Made by a program: the position numbers and the translations under genes. From IMG/VR virus record IMGVR_UViG_3300011008_002712: a DNA stretch of 64,000 bases; one strand, written 5' to 3'. Position 1 is the stretch's first letter. Each line of letters starts with the position of its first letter. Source of the DNA: a virus (lineage: Duplodnaviria > Caudoviricetes). The notes beneath the pieces were generated by a model. That model searched no databases and was not told the DNA's origin. It saw only the letters and a program-made list of their open reading frames with translations. Positions 48,880-57,902 of the stretch are shown piece after piece.

Positions 48880-50592
48880 TTAGTTATTACATTCAATCCA
48901 TTCTTGATTAAACGTCGGTTCTAATGAATAGAAAAATCCATTTATTTCTTTATGATTCATTGCTTTTGTTTTACTAATTTTTAATTTTTTGAATTCATCA
49001 AACATTTCTGTTTTTGTATGATATGTTTTCACGATATTACCATCATGATCAAACTTATAACATGTTTTTGAATGTTTACACGGAAAAGATTTTTCTGTAT
49101 AATTTCTGCTTCCTTTTTTAAAAATCATTCCGTGATATGTTTCTCCAGTTTTGACACATTTTTCCAATCTATAGTGTGTCATATTCAATTTTTCACAAGT
49201 TTCATTATTTGTCTTAAATTCATAAATTAATTCATTTTCTTCATTAAATACTTTAACTGGGACACCATTTACTGCATTTTCACCTTTTTTGTTGAACATC
49301 CCATTTTTTTCACCAGTTGTAGATTTTTTCCAATGTTCAATCTTATTTTTTGTGTCTTCTGTCCATTCAAAATAATGATCTTTTACCAGTAAATGTTCAT
49401 TTATTGCATTTTTAATTTCTTGTTTTGTCAAAGAAAATTCATTTTCTAACGCAACTATAGACAAAAATGTTTTGACAAATTTCATGTTTTTATCATATAC
49501 ATTAATGTGATATCCATTGATGGATTTTTCCACTTTTTTCCCATGCATGCCATTCAATTTTCCTCGTGTTTTACCATTTTTTATTCTTTTTTTGCTTAGT
49601 GCTTTTTTCTGTTCCTCTGTCCATTTATTTCCATAATTTGGATTTTTTTCTCCAGTTACAGCTTTGGACATTTTTTGTTTAAAAAACTCTCGTTCTTTCT
49701 TTGTCATGTTTTTCCAAGCTTCTTGTTTTATCTTGCTTTGATGCAAACATTCTTCTTTTGATCTAACATTATTTTTTCTTTTAAATTTTACATCGTTTCT
49801 AATTTTACCAAAACGTTTTGTAATTTTAAATAACTCATATTCATTATTTGAATATCCCAAAATATCAATTTTTTCGTTTTCATTGATAAGAGAATCAATA
49901 AATTTTTGAGAAAAATCTTTAGTAATTACATAATCACAGATCTTAGAATCTGTTAATAAGTTTGTAATTACATAAGCAAATCCAATTGAATCGTTTTTAG
50001 GCATTAATTCATTATTCCAAGATTGTGGCATCGATGTTATCATCAAATGTGCATTATCAAAAAAAATCAAATTTTCTTGATTTGTGACGTGAATAAAGTC
50101 TCTCATTCTTTTTAAATCTTTTAGCGTCAAAAATTGATAATTCATATTATGTTTTAAACAAAAATCTTTAGCAGCTAATGATTTAATTTTTGACCATTCA
50201 TCAATTTTTCCTTTTATTTCAATGATAGAATTATTGACAATGAAATCAGGATAGTAAAAATGACTTTCATTTCCAGTTAAATATGGAATTTGAACATCAC
50301 ATCGTTTTATTGGGATGTTATTTTTAATACAATGATGAATAAAGCCTAATTCATAACTACTTTCAAATTTTATCCCATAATAACTACCATGAAGTGTTTT
50401 ATGAGAAACATATTTGTTAATGCATTTATTACATATTGCCTCATACTTATGTTGTCTTGTTTGCAAAGAATTCCACGAAACAACACTCTCTTTGTTACAT
50501 TCTTTACACACTATAAGAACGTTACAATTTCTTTTTTCCGTTTTATGTTCTAAAAAATAATTATAATCGACTGTTTTCAAATTAACACTCAT
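48880..50592 (-). CDS. Putative homing endonuclease (Zn ribbon, TnsA-like PD-(D/E)xK, GIY-YIG remnant, NUMOD3/NUMOD1)
   Basis: CKEC..CNKC, FESSYE, YYPDF..IIEIKG, GFAYVITN, GEKNPNYG/NGMHGK repeats. Confidence 0.8.
   Translation of the reverse strand: MSVNLKTVDYNYFLEHKTEKRNCNVLIVCKECNKESVVSWNSLQTRQHKYEAICNKCINKYVSHKTLHGSYYGIKFESSYELGFIHHCIKNNIPIKRCDVQIPYLTGNESHFYYPDFIVNNSIIEIKGKIDEWSKIKSLAAKDFCLKHNMNYQFLTLKDLKRMRDFIHVTNQENLIFFDNAHLMITSMPQSWNNELMPKNDSIGFAYVITNLLTDSKICDYVITKDFSQKFIDSLINENEKIDILGYSNNEYELFKITKRFGKIRNDVKFKRKNNVRSKEECLHQSKIKQEAWKNMTKKEREFFKQKMSKAVTGEKNPNYGNKWTEEQKKALSKKRIKNGKTRGKLNGMHGKKVEKSINGYHINVYDKNMKFVKTFLSIVALENEFSLTKQEIKNAINEHLLVKDHYFEWTEDTKNKIEHWKKSTTGEKNGMFNKKGENAVNGVPVKVFNEENELIYEFKTNNETCEKLNMTHYRLEKCVKTGETYHGMIFKKGSRNYTEKSFPCKHSKTCYKFDHDGNIVKTYHTKTEMFDEFKKLKISKTKAMNHKEINGFFYSLEPTFNQEWIECNN
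50330..50373. repeat. 44-bp exact direct repeat (copy 1; copy 2 at 51738-51781)
   Basis: caatgatgaataaagcctaattcataactactttcaaattttat, shared by the two tandem endonuclease paralogs. Confidence 0.85.
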
Positions 50593-51994
50593 TTCTATTC
50601 GCACTATCACATATAATGTATCTTCCGTCATTCAAAATCAACTTGTTATTCATCATTTTCTTTTTATTAAATTTTAATTCTTTTTCTGCCGATGTAATTG
50701 TTGGAAATTCTTTTATTAATTGATTATCACTTGAAAATAACATTACCTTTTTGCCGCCTTTATTTTTTGTGCTACAACGTTTTTGTTTACAGTGTTTTTC
50801 GTAAATTTTTTTAGAACGTTCAGTGAATTCCAAATAACATTCATTATTTATTGGCAAATGATTAATTACAATGTTTTTTAGTTCTTTTCTATTTAAATTA
50901 AATCTTTTTAGAGCTATATAAGTGTTTAAAATATAATCAATGATTTCACCATTCGAATTCACTAAATTATAGTCATATCCTGTAAAAGATTTTTCTTGTT
51001 TTTTACCGAACATTGGATTCTGTTTACCAAACATCCCGTTTTTACTGCCAGCATTTTTTCCTTTTAATTTTTCTCCTATGTTTCTTCGTTGTTCTTCATT
51101 CAAATGATTACCAAACATTGGATTTTTTGTTCCAGAATTCATTTCAACGTACTTTTTCTTATATAAAAAGTTTTCTTCTTCTGTTGGAGTTCTTGGTAAA
51201 TTGTTTATTTTTTCAATTGTGATGTTTTTTAAATGAACCAAGTCATATTCAAAATTTTTATATCCTATGATTTGAATTTCGTTATGAATAATATCATTAT
51301 TACATAAAGAAATTAATGTTTTATCTGTTGCTTTTCCAATGCATATATCACAAAAAACATTGTTCGTTAAATAATTTTTTATCAAATAAACAAAACCCAA
51401 ATAATTTTCTGGTTCTTTTATTTTATTCATTTCAAAACTATCTGGGTATGATGTTATCATTAGATGTTCTTTGTCAAATAAAATTAAATCTTCAAAACTA
51501 GAACAAAAAATAAAATTATTTAAATTTTTTAAATCTTTTCTTGTCAACAAGACATAATTTTTTAAAGAATTTTTAGCATACTGTTCTTTTTGTTTTGCAT
51601 TATCATTATAAATTCCTTTAATTTCAACAATGTTATTTTCAACTAAAAAATCTGGGTGATATGTTCTTTTTATTCCATTTTCATCAACATATTTTACTAT
51701 CCCAGTGTATCTTTTGATGTTTAATTTGTTTTTAATGCAATGATGAATAAAGCCTAATTCATAACTACTTTCAAATTTTATTCCGTAGTAATTCCCTCTC
51801 AAGTGACTTTTGGAACGATATTTCAAAATGCATTTATTGCATATTTGTTGATAACGTACATTTTGATTTCTAGAAACTAAATTTTTCCAATGTACTAATG
51901 ACTTTTGTTTACAATCTTTGCAAATTATTTCTACTAATCTATTTTGTTTTTCTGTTCTATGTTCTAAAAAATAATGATAATCAACTGTTTTCAT
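50582..51994 (-). CDS. Putative homing endonuclease, tandem paralog of 48880-50592
   Basis: MKTVDYHYFLEH, CKDC..CNKC, FESSYE, YHPDF..IVEIKG, GFVYLIKN, KNPMFG repeats, NUMOD1-like EFPTITSAEKEL. Confidence 0.8.
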   Translation of the reverse strand: MKTVDYHYFLEHRTEKQNRLVEIICKDCKQKSLVHWKNLVSRNQNVRYQQICNKCILKYRSKSHLRGNYYGIKFESSYELGFIHHCIKNKLNIKRYTGIVKYVDENGIKRTYHPDFLVENNIVEIKGIYNDNAKQKEQYAKNSLKNYVLLTRKDLKNLNNFIFCSSFEDLILFDKEHLMITSYPDSFEMNKIKEPENYLGFVYLIKNYLTNNVFCDICIGKATDKTLISLCNNDIIHNEIQIIGYKNFEYDLVHLKNITIEKINNLPRTPTEEENFLYKKKYVEMNSGTKNPMFGNHLNEEQRRNIGEKLKGKNAGSKNGMFGKQNPMFGKKQEKSFTGYDYNLVNSNGEIIDYILNTYIALKRFNLNRKELKNIVINHLPINNECYLEFTERSKKIYEKHCKQKRCSTKNKGGKKVMLFSSDNQLIKEFPTITSAEKELKFNKKKMMNNKLILNDGRYIICDSANRNEC

Positions 51995-52130
51995 TCTCTT
52001 CTCCATTTTTTATTTATTTTAAACATAAATTAAAAAAAAATAAAAAGAAAATTGCATTTTTGCTACAAAGTAGTATGCTTCATAATTTTTTTAATAAAAT
52101 AAATTACTTTACTGAAAGGAGCAAAAATAA

Positions 52131-52502
52131 ATGAATTTAGAACAACAAGTTAAAAACGCTGGTCCTCATGAATTGGTTTTAATGCTTTATGATGGTTGCA
52201 TTAACTTTATTGATAAGGGAGAAGAGGCACTCGTTAATAAAGACTATGAAACATCAAATAATTTTCTTCAAAGAGCAGAAAATATTTTGACAGAACTTAC
52301 TATCAATCTCGATATGAAGTATGATATTTCTAAACAATTATCTTCTCTTTATTGTTATGCTTATGATCGTTTAGTAGAAGGTAATTTGTTTAGCAAAACA
52401 TCTCTAATTGAAGAAGCAAAGAAAATTGTTTCAGAACTTAGAGATGCATGGATTCAAGCAATTAACAAAGTAACTCCAGAAGAAATTGAAGCGTTCGCAT
52501 AA
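52131..52502 (+). CDS. fliS: Flagellin chaperone FliS homolog
   Basis: QQVKNAGPHELVLMLYDG...AENILTEL..LDMKYDIS..L..LY....RLVEGN...ELRDAW; AAGGAG RBS. Confidence 0.9.
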   Translation: MNLEQQVKNAGPHELVLMLYDGCINFIDKGEEALVNKDYETSNNFLQRAENILTELTINLDMKYDISKQLSSLYCYAYDRLVEGNLFSKTSLIEEAKKIVSELRDAWIQAINKVTPEEIEAFA

Positions 52503-52519
52503 TTTTTCTCTTTATATCT

Positions 52520-52548
52520 AAAGGAGGATGCATTGCATCCTCTTTTTT
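52520..52548 (+). terminator. Intrinsic terminator after fliS
   Basis: GAGGATGCA-t-TGCATCCTC followed by T tract. Confidence 0.75.
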
Positions 52549-52606
52549 ATTTTTAACATCAAAATTTATTTATTTTATAGAAGAAATTTTTGGGAGGCGC
52601 TTATCA

Positions 52607-53137
52607 ATGGGAAGAGTGAAAGTAGGTGTAAGAACAAAAGAACTCATTGAGAAGATTGACAAACCTCAAGAATGTCAAGAAGTTAAAAAACCGCAAGAAG
52701 AAGCTGTGCAGGAAAAACCAAAAAGAAAAATATCTTTTATAAGATGTTTTGTAAAAAACTTTGATATTCTTATGTGCTTGTTTAGAAAATTTGTACCAGA
52801 ATTCATCATAATGGCTTTGCTTGGTTTGTTTGGATTATGGGGTTTTGGTTATATAATGAATGGATTATATGGAATGGCGTTTCAATTAGATAGTAGCTTA
52901 GCTGCAGTTGGTGCCATTTCATCAGCTGGCGTTCTTTCTTTAATTAGATATTTGACAGATAGTAAATTGAACAGCGTACTGGGATCTGCTCCAACTAAAG
53001 CATTAACCGATAAACTTAATAGATATATAGCTGGTAAAGATCATTTTGTTGATGAAAACAAAAATGGAATAGATGATAGAAAAGAATGCAATGAATTTCC
53101 TGGAAAGAAAGACATGAACTATAAGGATGGTGAATGA
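52607..53137 (+). CDS. Putative holin (two TM segments)
   Basis: Two hydrophobic helices (W.FGY..NGLYG..F.L; RYLTDSKLNS), directly upstream of and overlapping the amidase reading frame. Confidence 0.65.
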   Translation: MGRVKVGVRTKELIEKIDKPQECQEVKKPQEEAVQEKPKRKISFIRCFVKNFDILMCLFRKFVPEFIIMALLGLFGLWGFGYIMNGLYGMAFQLDSSLAAVGAISSAGVLSLIRYLTDSKLNSVLGSAPTKALTDKLNRYIAGKDHFVDENKNGIDDRKECNEFPGKKDMNYKDGE

Positions 53138-53138
53138 T

Positions 53139-53669
53139 ATGTCAAGTTGTTTGATAAATGCTGGACATCATGTAACATACGACGCGGGAGCCGTCTCTCC
53201 AAGGACTGGCCTTAGAGAAACAGATGTAGCATTAAAAGTAAGCAATCTAATTGTTGATTATCTAAATGCTGCTGGCGTATATTCTCAACAATTTCAAGCA
53301 AATGAATTAGATGAAATCACAGATTATGCTAATAACAATGAATTTGATTTATTTGTAAGCATTCATTGTAATGCTGCTAGTAATTATTCTGCACAAGGCA
53401 CTGAAACTTGGTATTATCAAGGAAGCAGCAACAGCCAACATCTGGCTTCTTGTATTCAAGATCAAATTATAAATTCATTACCTGTTACTGATAGAGGAAT
53501 CAAACCAACTACAGGATTATATGTGCTTAAACATACAGATATGCCAGCAGCTTTGGTAGAATTGGCATTTATAACAAACGAATACGATGAAAGTCTTTTA
53601 TCAAATGATCATTATATAGATGAATTTGCAAGAGCTATTGCTCGAGGAATTACTGATGCGTTACAATAA
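53139..53669 (+). CDS. N-acetylmuramoyl-L-alanine amidase (Amidase_3 endolysin), catalytic domain only
   Basis: INAGH, E, FVSIHCNA, GTET, LYVLKHTDMPAALVELAFITN. Confidence 0.93.
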   Translation: MSSCLINAGHHVTYDAGAVSPRTGLRETDVALKVSNLIVDYLNAAGVYSQQFQANELDEITDYANNNEFDLFVSIHCNAASNYSAQGTETWYYQGSSNSQHLASCIQDQIINSLPVTDRGIKPTTGLYVLKHTDMPAALVELAFITNEYDESLLSNDHYIDEFARAIARGITDALQ

Positions 53670-53678
53670 TGTATAAAT

Positions 53679-53705
53679 AAAAAGAGGGAATTTTCCCTCT
53701 TTTTT
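53679..53705 (+). terminator. Intrinsic terminator
   Basis: AAAAAGAGGGAA/TTCCCTCTTTTT. Confidence 0.75.
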
Positions 53706-53714
53706 CTTTTTTAA

Positions 53715-53746
53715 CTATTTACATTTATTTTTTTTTATGATAAAAT
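53715..53746 (+). promoter_or_regulatory. Conserved phage promoter
   Basis: CTA-TTTACA-17 nt-TAAAAT with TG extension. Confidence 0.75.
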
Positions 53747-53768
53747 TGCATTAGAAAGGATGATTAAA

Positions 53769-54578
53769 ATGATTATTGGAAGCCACTTATCTACATCTAA
53801 AGGGTTTTTTAAAATGGCACAAAACGCCGTTAATATGAATGCCAATACTTTTGCGTTTTTTATTCGCAATCCTCGTGGATTTAGCGCAAAGGTTATAGAC
53901 AAGGATGATGCAAAAAGAATGAATGATTTATTAAAAGAATATAATTTTGGTAAATTGGTTGTGCACGCTCCCTATACATTGAATTTGTGTTCAAATGACA
54001 AAAAAATCTTAGAGGTTTTTAAGGATGATTTACAAAGGATGGAAAATTTTCCTGGTAATTACTACAACCTCCATCCAGGAACTCACGGTGGGAAAGGAGA
54101 AATGACAGGCATCATCAATGTTATTTGCAATTTAAACGATGCTCTTACCAGTGACTTGAATACTATCGTCCTTATTGAGACAATGGCTGGAAAAGGCACC
54201 GAAATCGGCAAGACATTTAAAGAAATAAAAAATATGATTTCTGGAGTTAAGTTAAAAGATAAGATTGGAGTCTGCCTTGATACATGCCATGCTTGGGATG
54301 CTGGATATGACATGAGAAACATAGACACTGTGCTGGAAGAATTCGATAAAGTAATAGGTATAGATTATTTAAAAGCAGTACATTTAAATGATAGTAAGAA
54401 CGAGATGGGCTCTCATAAGGATCGTCACGCTCAATTGGGTGAAGGCAAAATCGGATTAGAAGCACTAACCAAAATTGTCAATCATAAACATCTTAAAAAA
54501 TTGCCATTTATTTTGGAGACACCAAATGTTTCTATGCACGCTGGAGAAATTGCTTTGATGAGGCAACGAGAAGTTTAA
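53769..54578 (+). CDS. nfo: Endonuclease IV (AP endonuclease)
   Basis: IGSH, HAPY.LNL, HPG, ETMAGKGTEIG, CLDTCH, HLNDSK, DRH, ILETP. Confidence 0.95.
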   Translation: MIIGSHLSTSKGFFKMAQNAVNMNANTFAFFIRNPRGFSAKVIDKDDAKRMNDLLKEYNFGKLVVHAPYTLNLCSNDKKILEVFKDDLQRMENFPGNYYNLHPGTHGGKGEMTGIINVICNLNDALTSDLNTIVLIETMAGKGTEIGKTFKEIKNMISGVKLKDKIGVCLDTCHAWDAGYDMRNIDTVLEEFDKVIGIDYLKAVHLNDSKNEMGSHKDRHAQLGEGKIGLEALTKIVNHKHLKKLPFILETPNVSMHAGEIALMRQREV

Positions 54579-54703
54579 AAATGAAAACTAAAATTAGAAT
54601 GAATGTATAAGAGTTTTTATAACGGGAGAATTTATAGTTTTTCACGTTATTAATTGACTATGCCGTTTGACTATCATAATTTATGTAAAATGGAGGTTTT
54701 TAA

Positions 54704-55237
54704 ATGAAAAAAATGTTTTCTATCAAGAATATAGCAGCAATTATGTTGTGTGTAATTACAATGATAGTTTCTGCTTGTGGTGGACATCCAGTAGAAGAAT
54801 GGCCTGAATATAAAGATGCGAAAAAATCATACGATACGTGGTTTTATTGCTGGACAGAAAAATTTAATGGTAAAGACATTCATATTGATAGCAGAATAAA
54901 ATCAGTTAATTTTAAACCTTCAGCTAATATTTCTGGAAATTTAGAAATGAGTGGATTATTCTTTGTTGGACGAGGACAAATAGACTCAACTGATTATTAT
55001 TATGTATATCAAGAAGTCGATCCTGATAAGTATAAATTAGTTAAAATACCTGCTGATGAGACTATCATTTTAGAAACAAATGAAATCTCTCCAAGTATTG
55101 CTGCTGAGTATGATTTTGAATTTGATTTAAATTTATATTATGACTGGAAACATGGTCATTATTCATTCACAAAGAATAACCTTATAATAGTACCAAAAGA
55201 TACTGTTATACAAGAATTTAATGTACAAAATATTTGA
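54704..55237 (+). CDS. Putative lipoprotein
   Basis: Basic N-terminus, hydrophobic core and lipobox VSA|C; GGAGG RBS. Confidence 0.75.
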   Translation: MKKMFSIKNIAAIMLCVITMIVSACGGHPVEEWPEYKDAKKSYDTWFYCWTEKFNGKDIHIDSRIKSVNFKPSANISGNLEMSGLFFVGRGQIDSTDYYYVYQEVDPDKYKLVKIPADETIILETNEISPSIAAEYDFEFDLNLYYDWKHGHYSFTKNNLIIVPKDTVIQEFNVQNI

Positions 55238-55371
55238 ATAAAGAAAAATTTTGGTACATAATTGGGCTGGTTTTGCTATCATTTGTATATGCATTGACTA
55301 GCCCAATTATACGCGTTTATGCGCAAGTTTTCTTGGGGGCTATTTTAGCAATTATTTTTGTAGAAATTTAA
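55234..55371 (+). CDS. Small two-TM membrane protein (45 aa)
   Basis: TTGA overlap with the lipoprotein stop; MNKEKFWYIIGLVLLSFVYALTSPIIRVYAQVFLGAILAIIFVEI. Below the ORF-track cutoff. Confidence 0.55.
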   Translation: MNKEKFWYIIGLVLLSFVYALTSPIIRVYAQVFLGAILAIIFVEI

Positions 55372-55519
55372 GTAGAATATTGCATAATGATTCAATGCAT
55401 AGTAAACTTTACAATGTAATGCACAGACTGTTACATATACAAAATTTTAAAAAATAAATTATAAAAACGACGTTTATTTATAATAAAATGTTATTATAAA
55501 TGATAGGAGATAATTAATA

Positions 55520-55960
55520 ATGAAAAAACATTTGATACGTCGTAAAACAGCTTCAATATTGGAAAAACTTAACATTGATACTAATGATGTTAGATTTATA
55601 GGCAAAAATGAAGATGCCACTGTCGATAATGAATTTAAAGTTATTGATTTTTTTAACGATTTAAATGATGAAGATAAGCAACATGCAGTAAGCATAATGA
55701 ACAATGAATATCACAATAGATTTAAAGATTCTACAACTATTAACCTTCGCGAAGCATATTTGATATTGAAAACCTTAGGTGATAACAAAAATTTACCAAT
55801 TTGGAAAAATGTTATTGGTAAGTTAGAACCATTTTATTACTATTCTTGTTCCACGGATTTATTTAATGACGAATCTTTTAATTGGTTTACAAAAGATGAT
55901 TTAATTGAATACATTGATCCAAAAACTGGAGATTATTATGAAGAATACAAATTGCAATGA
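55520..55960 (+). CDS. Hypothetical protein with N-terminal RRKTA motif
   Basis: AGGAG RBS; MKKHLIRRKTAS. Confidence 0.7.
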   Translation: MKKHLIRRKTASILEKLNIDTNDVRFIGKNEDATVDNEFKVIDFFNDLNDEDKQHAVSIMNNEYHNRFKDSTTINLREAYLILKTLGDNKNLPIWKNVIGKLEPFYYYSCSTDLFNDESFNWFTKDDLIEYIDPKTGDYYEEYKLQ

Positions 55961-56034
55961 AAAACAATGATAGTACTTATTTTATGCTATACAAATATTA
56001 TTAAATAAATTTGTTTAACAATTTTTTTATTTAA

Positions 56035-56065
56035 CTATTTACATTTTATTGTTTTACTGTATAAT
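56035..56065 (+). promoter_or_regulatory. Conserved phage promoter
   Basis: CTA-TTTACA-16 nt-TATAAT. Confidence 0.7.
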
Positions 56066-56082
56066 ATTAAATAAGAAAGAAG

Positions 56083-56586
56083 TTGGCAATGATGTTTAAA
56101 ACATTAACTAATAAAGTTAAACAAAAATACATTGATTTCGGAAATTTTGTTATTAAAAAAATTTTAAACAACAACTATAAAAATATTTGCGTTTTTGGAA
56201 CATGCTCAGATGATATCAACAACATGGGATGGATAAAATCTATGTATCATTTGCAAGAACTTGATGATGCAACTTTTTATGCGGCATTAAATAAAAATGG
56301 TAAAACTTTAGAGAACATTGTTGATTACGACATGGTAATTCTTCTTGATTTGAAATTTAATAATGATAAGTTTGATATTTCATTCGAAATGATTTCGTCT
56401 AATGATATTGGAATAAATAGCAATGTACCTGTTATTCAACTTCATTATATGTTAAATGATGACAAATTTGAAATTGAAAGAGATTGTAATCTATTTTCTG
56501 ATGGTATTTCTGACGTTACTTTTATAAAAAGTCAAAAATATAGGAAAATTCCAAATGAATTAACAAAACAAGAACTTTTAAATTAA
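56083..56586 (+). CDS. Hypothetical protein, paralog family copy 1
   Basis: Shares YxxxGN, KNIxVF, WIKSM, AL..GK.L, DM.I, SDGIS with the next two ORFs. Confidence 0.8.
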   Translation: MAMMFKTLTNKVKQKYIDFGNFVIKKILNNNYKNICVFGTCSDDINNMGWIKSMYHLQELDDATFYAALNKNGKTLENIVDYDMVILLDLKFNNDKFDISFEMISSNDIGINSNVPVIQLHYMLNDDKFEIERDCNLFSDGISDVTFIKSQKYRKIPNELTKQELLN

Positions 56587-56626
56587 TCAAAAGCAAAAAC
56601 ACAGACATAAAAATGAAAGATGAAAT

Positions 56627-56654
56627 AAAAAGGAGAGGTTTTACCTCTCTTTTT
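56627..56654. terminator. Bidirectional terminator
   Basis: GAGAGGT-tt-t-ACCTCTC flanked by A and T tracts. Confidence 0.75.
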
Positions 56655-56660
56655 CAATAG

Positions 56661-57155
56661 TTAAAAAAGATTTTTTTCTTCCTGTTTATCCAATTCCCAG
56701 TAATGTTTTTTATATTTTTCAATACTTTTTTTATCTTTTGCATCGCTTATTCCATCTGAAATCAAAATATCGTATTCTTCTGGTATGAAATGATCTTTTG
56801 CGAAACAATAATCGATTTGTACCAACGGAACATTATTCTTAATGCCAAAGTCGGAAGAGTTTTTATCTTCAAACATAATGTCAAAATTTCTGCAATTAAA
56901 TTGCTGATTAATGATTATACCCATGTCGCATTGAGACAAATCGTTCAAACTTTTTCCTTCGCAATCTAATGCAGTCCAAATACAAACGTCATTAATCATA
57001 CATCCATGGAACATAGATTTAATCCACCCAACATTGTTAAGATTGTCAGGCAATGCAGAAAACACACCAACATTTTTATAGTTGTTTAACAAAATTTTAT
57101 TAATAATGTAATTTCCTAATGAAACATATTTTTCCTTAAGATTTTCACCTTGCAT
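56661..57155 (-). CDS. Hypothetical protein, paralog family copy 2
   Basis: WIKSMFHGC, SDGISDAK; ends EEKNLF. Confidence 0.8.
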   Translation of the reverse strand: MQGENLKEKYVSLGNYIINKILLNNYKNVGVFSALPDNLNNVGWIKSMFHGCMINDVCIWTALDCEGKSLNDLSQCDMGIIINQQFNCRNFDIMFEDKNSSDFGIKNNVPLVQIDYCFAKDHFIPEEYDILISDGISDAKDKKSIEKYKKHYWELDKQEEKNLF

Positions 57156-57191
57156 TACGATTGCCCCTTTCTAACATGATATCTAATTTTA

Positions 57192-57223
57192 ATTATATCA
57201 TAATTTTAAACAAAAGTAAATAG
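57192..57223 (-). promoter_or_regulatory. Conserved phage promoter
   Basis: CTA-TTTACT-17 nt-TATAAT with TG extension. Confidence 0.75.
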
Positions 57224-57296
57224 CTTAAGAAAATTTTTTCTTAAGCTATACAAAATTAGTTAATCAATTGTTAATTTCTTTTTTCAATTTCAATAG

Positions 57297-57803
57297 TTAA
57301 AAAAGATTTTTTTCTTCTTCTTGAGTCAAATCCCAATAAGGTTTGTTATGTTTCTTTATACTTTGAATTTTTTTAGCATTGCTAATCCCATCTGAAACGA
57401 GATCGCTATCTTCTACATAAAATTTATCAGTATCAAACAAATAATTAATCTGAATGATTGGAACTTGCCCCGCAACACCAATATCGTCTGAAATTTTATC
57501 TTCATACGTGACATTGAATTCGTCATTATTGAATTGCAAATTAAGCAAAATCACCATATCATAATCAGCAATGTTCTCTAAAGTTTTTCCTTTGCTTTCC
57601 AATGCAGCTTCAATAACAGCATCTCTGATTTCGCATCCATGAAACATGGACTTAATCCAAGAAATATCATTACTGCGATCAGACGATGTTGCGAAAACGC
57701 CAATGTTTTTGTGTTCGTTGTTTATAATGCTATTGACAATATGATTGCCAATAGCAATGTATGATTGTTCCAATTTTTTGTCAAGTTGTCTGCATTTGGC
57801 CAT
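57297..57803 (-). CDS. Hypothetical protein, paralog family copy 3
   Basis: AGGAGGT RBS before ATG at 57803 (MAKCRQ); WIKSMFHGC; ends EEKNLF. Confidence 0.8.
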   Translation of the reverse strand: MAKCRQLDKKLEQSYIAIGNHIVNSIINNEHKNIGVFATSSDRSNDISWIKSMFHGCEIRDAVIEAALESKGKTLENIADYDMVILLNLQFNNDEFNVTYEDKISDDIGVAGQVPIIQINYLFDTDKFYVEDSDLVSDGISNAKKIQSIKKHNKPYWDLTQEEEKNLF

Positions 57804-57836
57804 TTTGTTATTACCTCCTAAATAATCTTTTATTAT

Positions 57837-57868
57837 ATTATACCATACGTACAAGAAAAAGTAAATAG
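57837..57868 (-). promoter_or_regulatory. Conserved phage promoter
   Basis: CTA-TTTACT-17 nt-TATAAT with TG extension. Confidence 0.75.
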
Positions 57869-57902
57869 CCAAAATAAAAATTTTTATCTTGGCTATTTAA
57901 AA

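Noticed and set aside
55258-55310. Hairpin ATAATTGGGCT...AGCCCAATTAT as an ncRNA
   Set aside because: It lies within the plausible 45-aa membrane ORF and has no recognisable RNA-family features.
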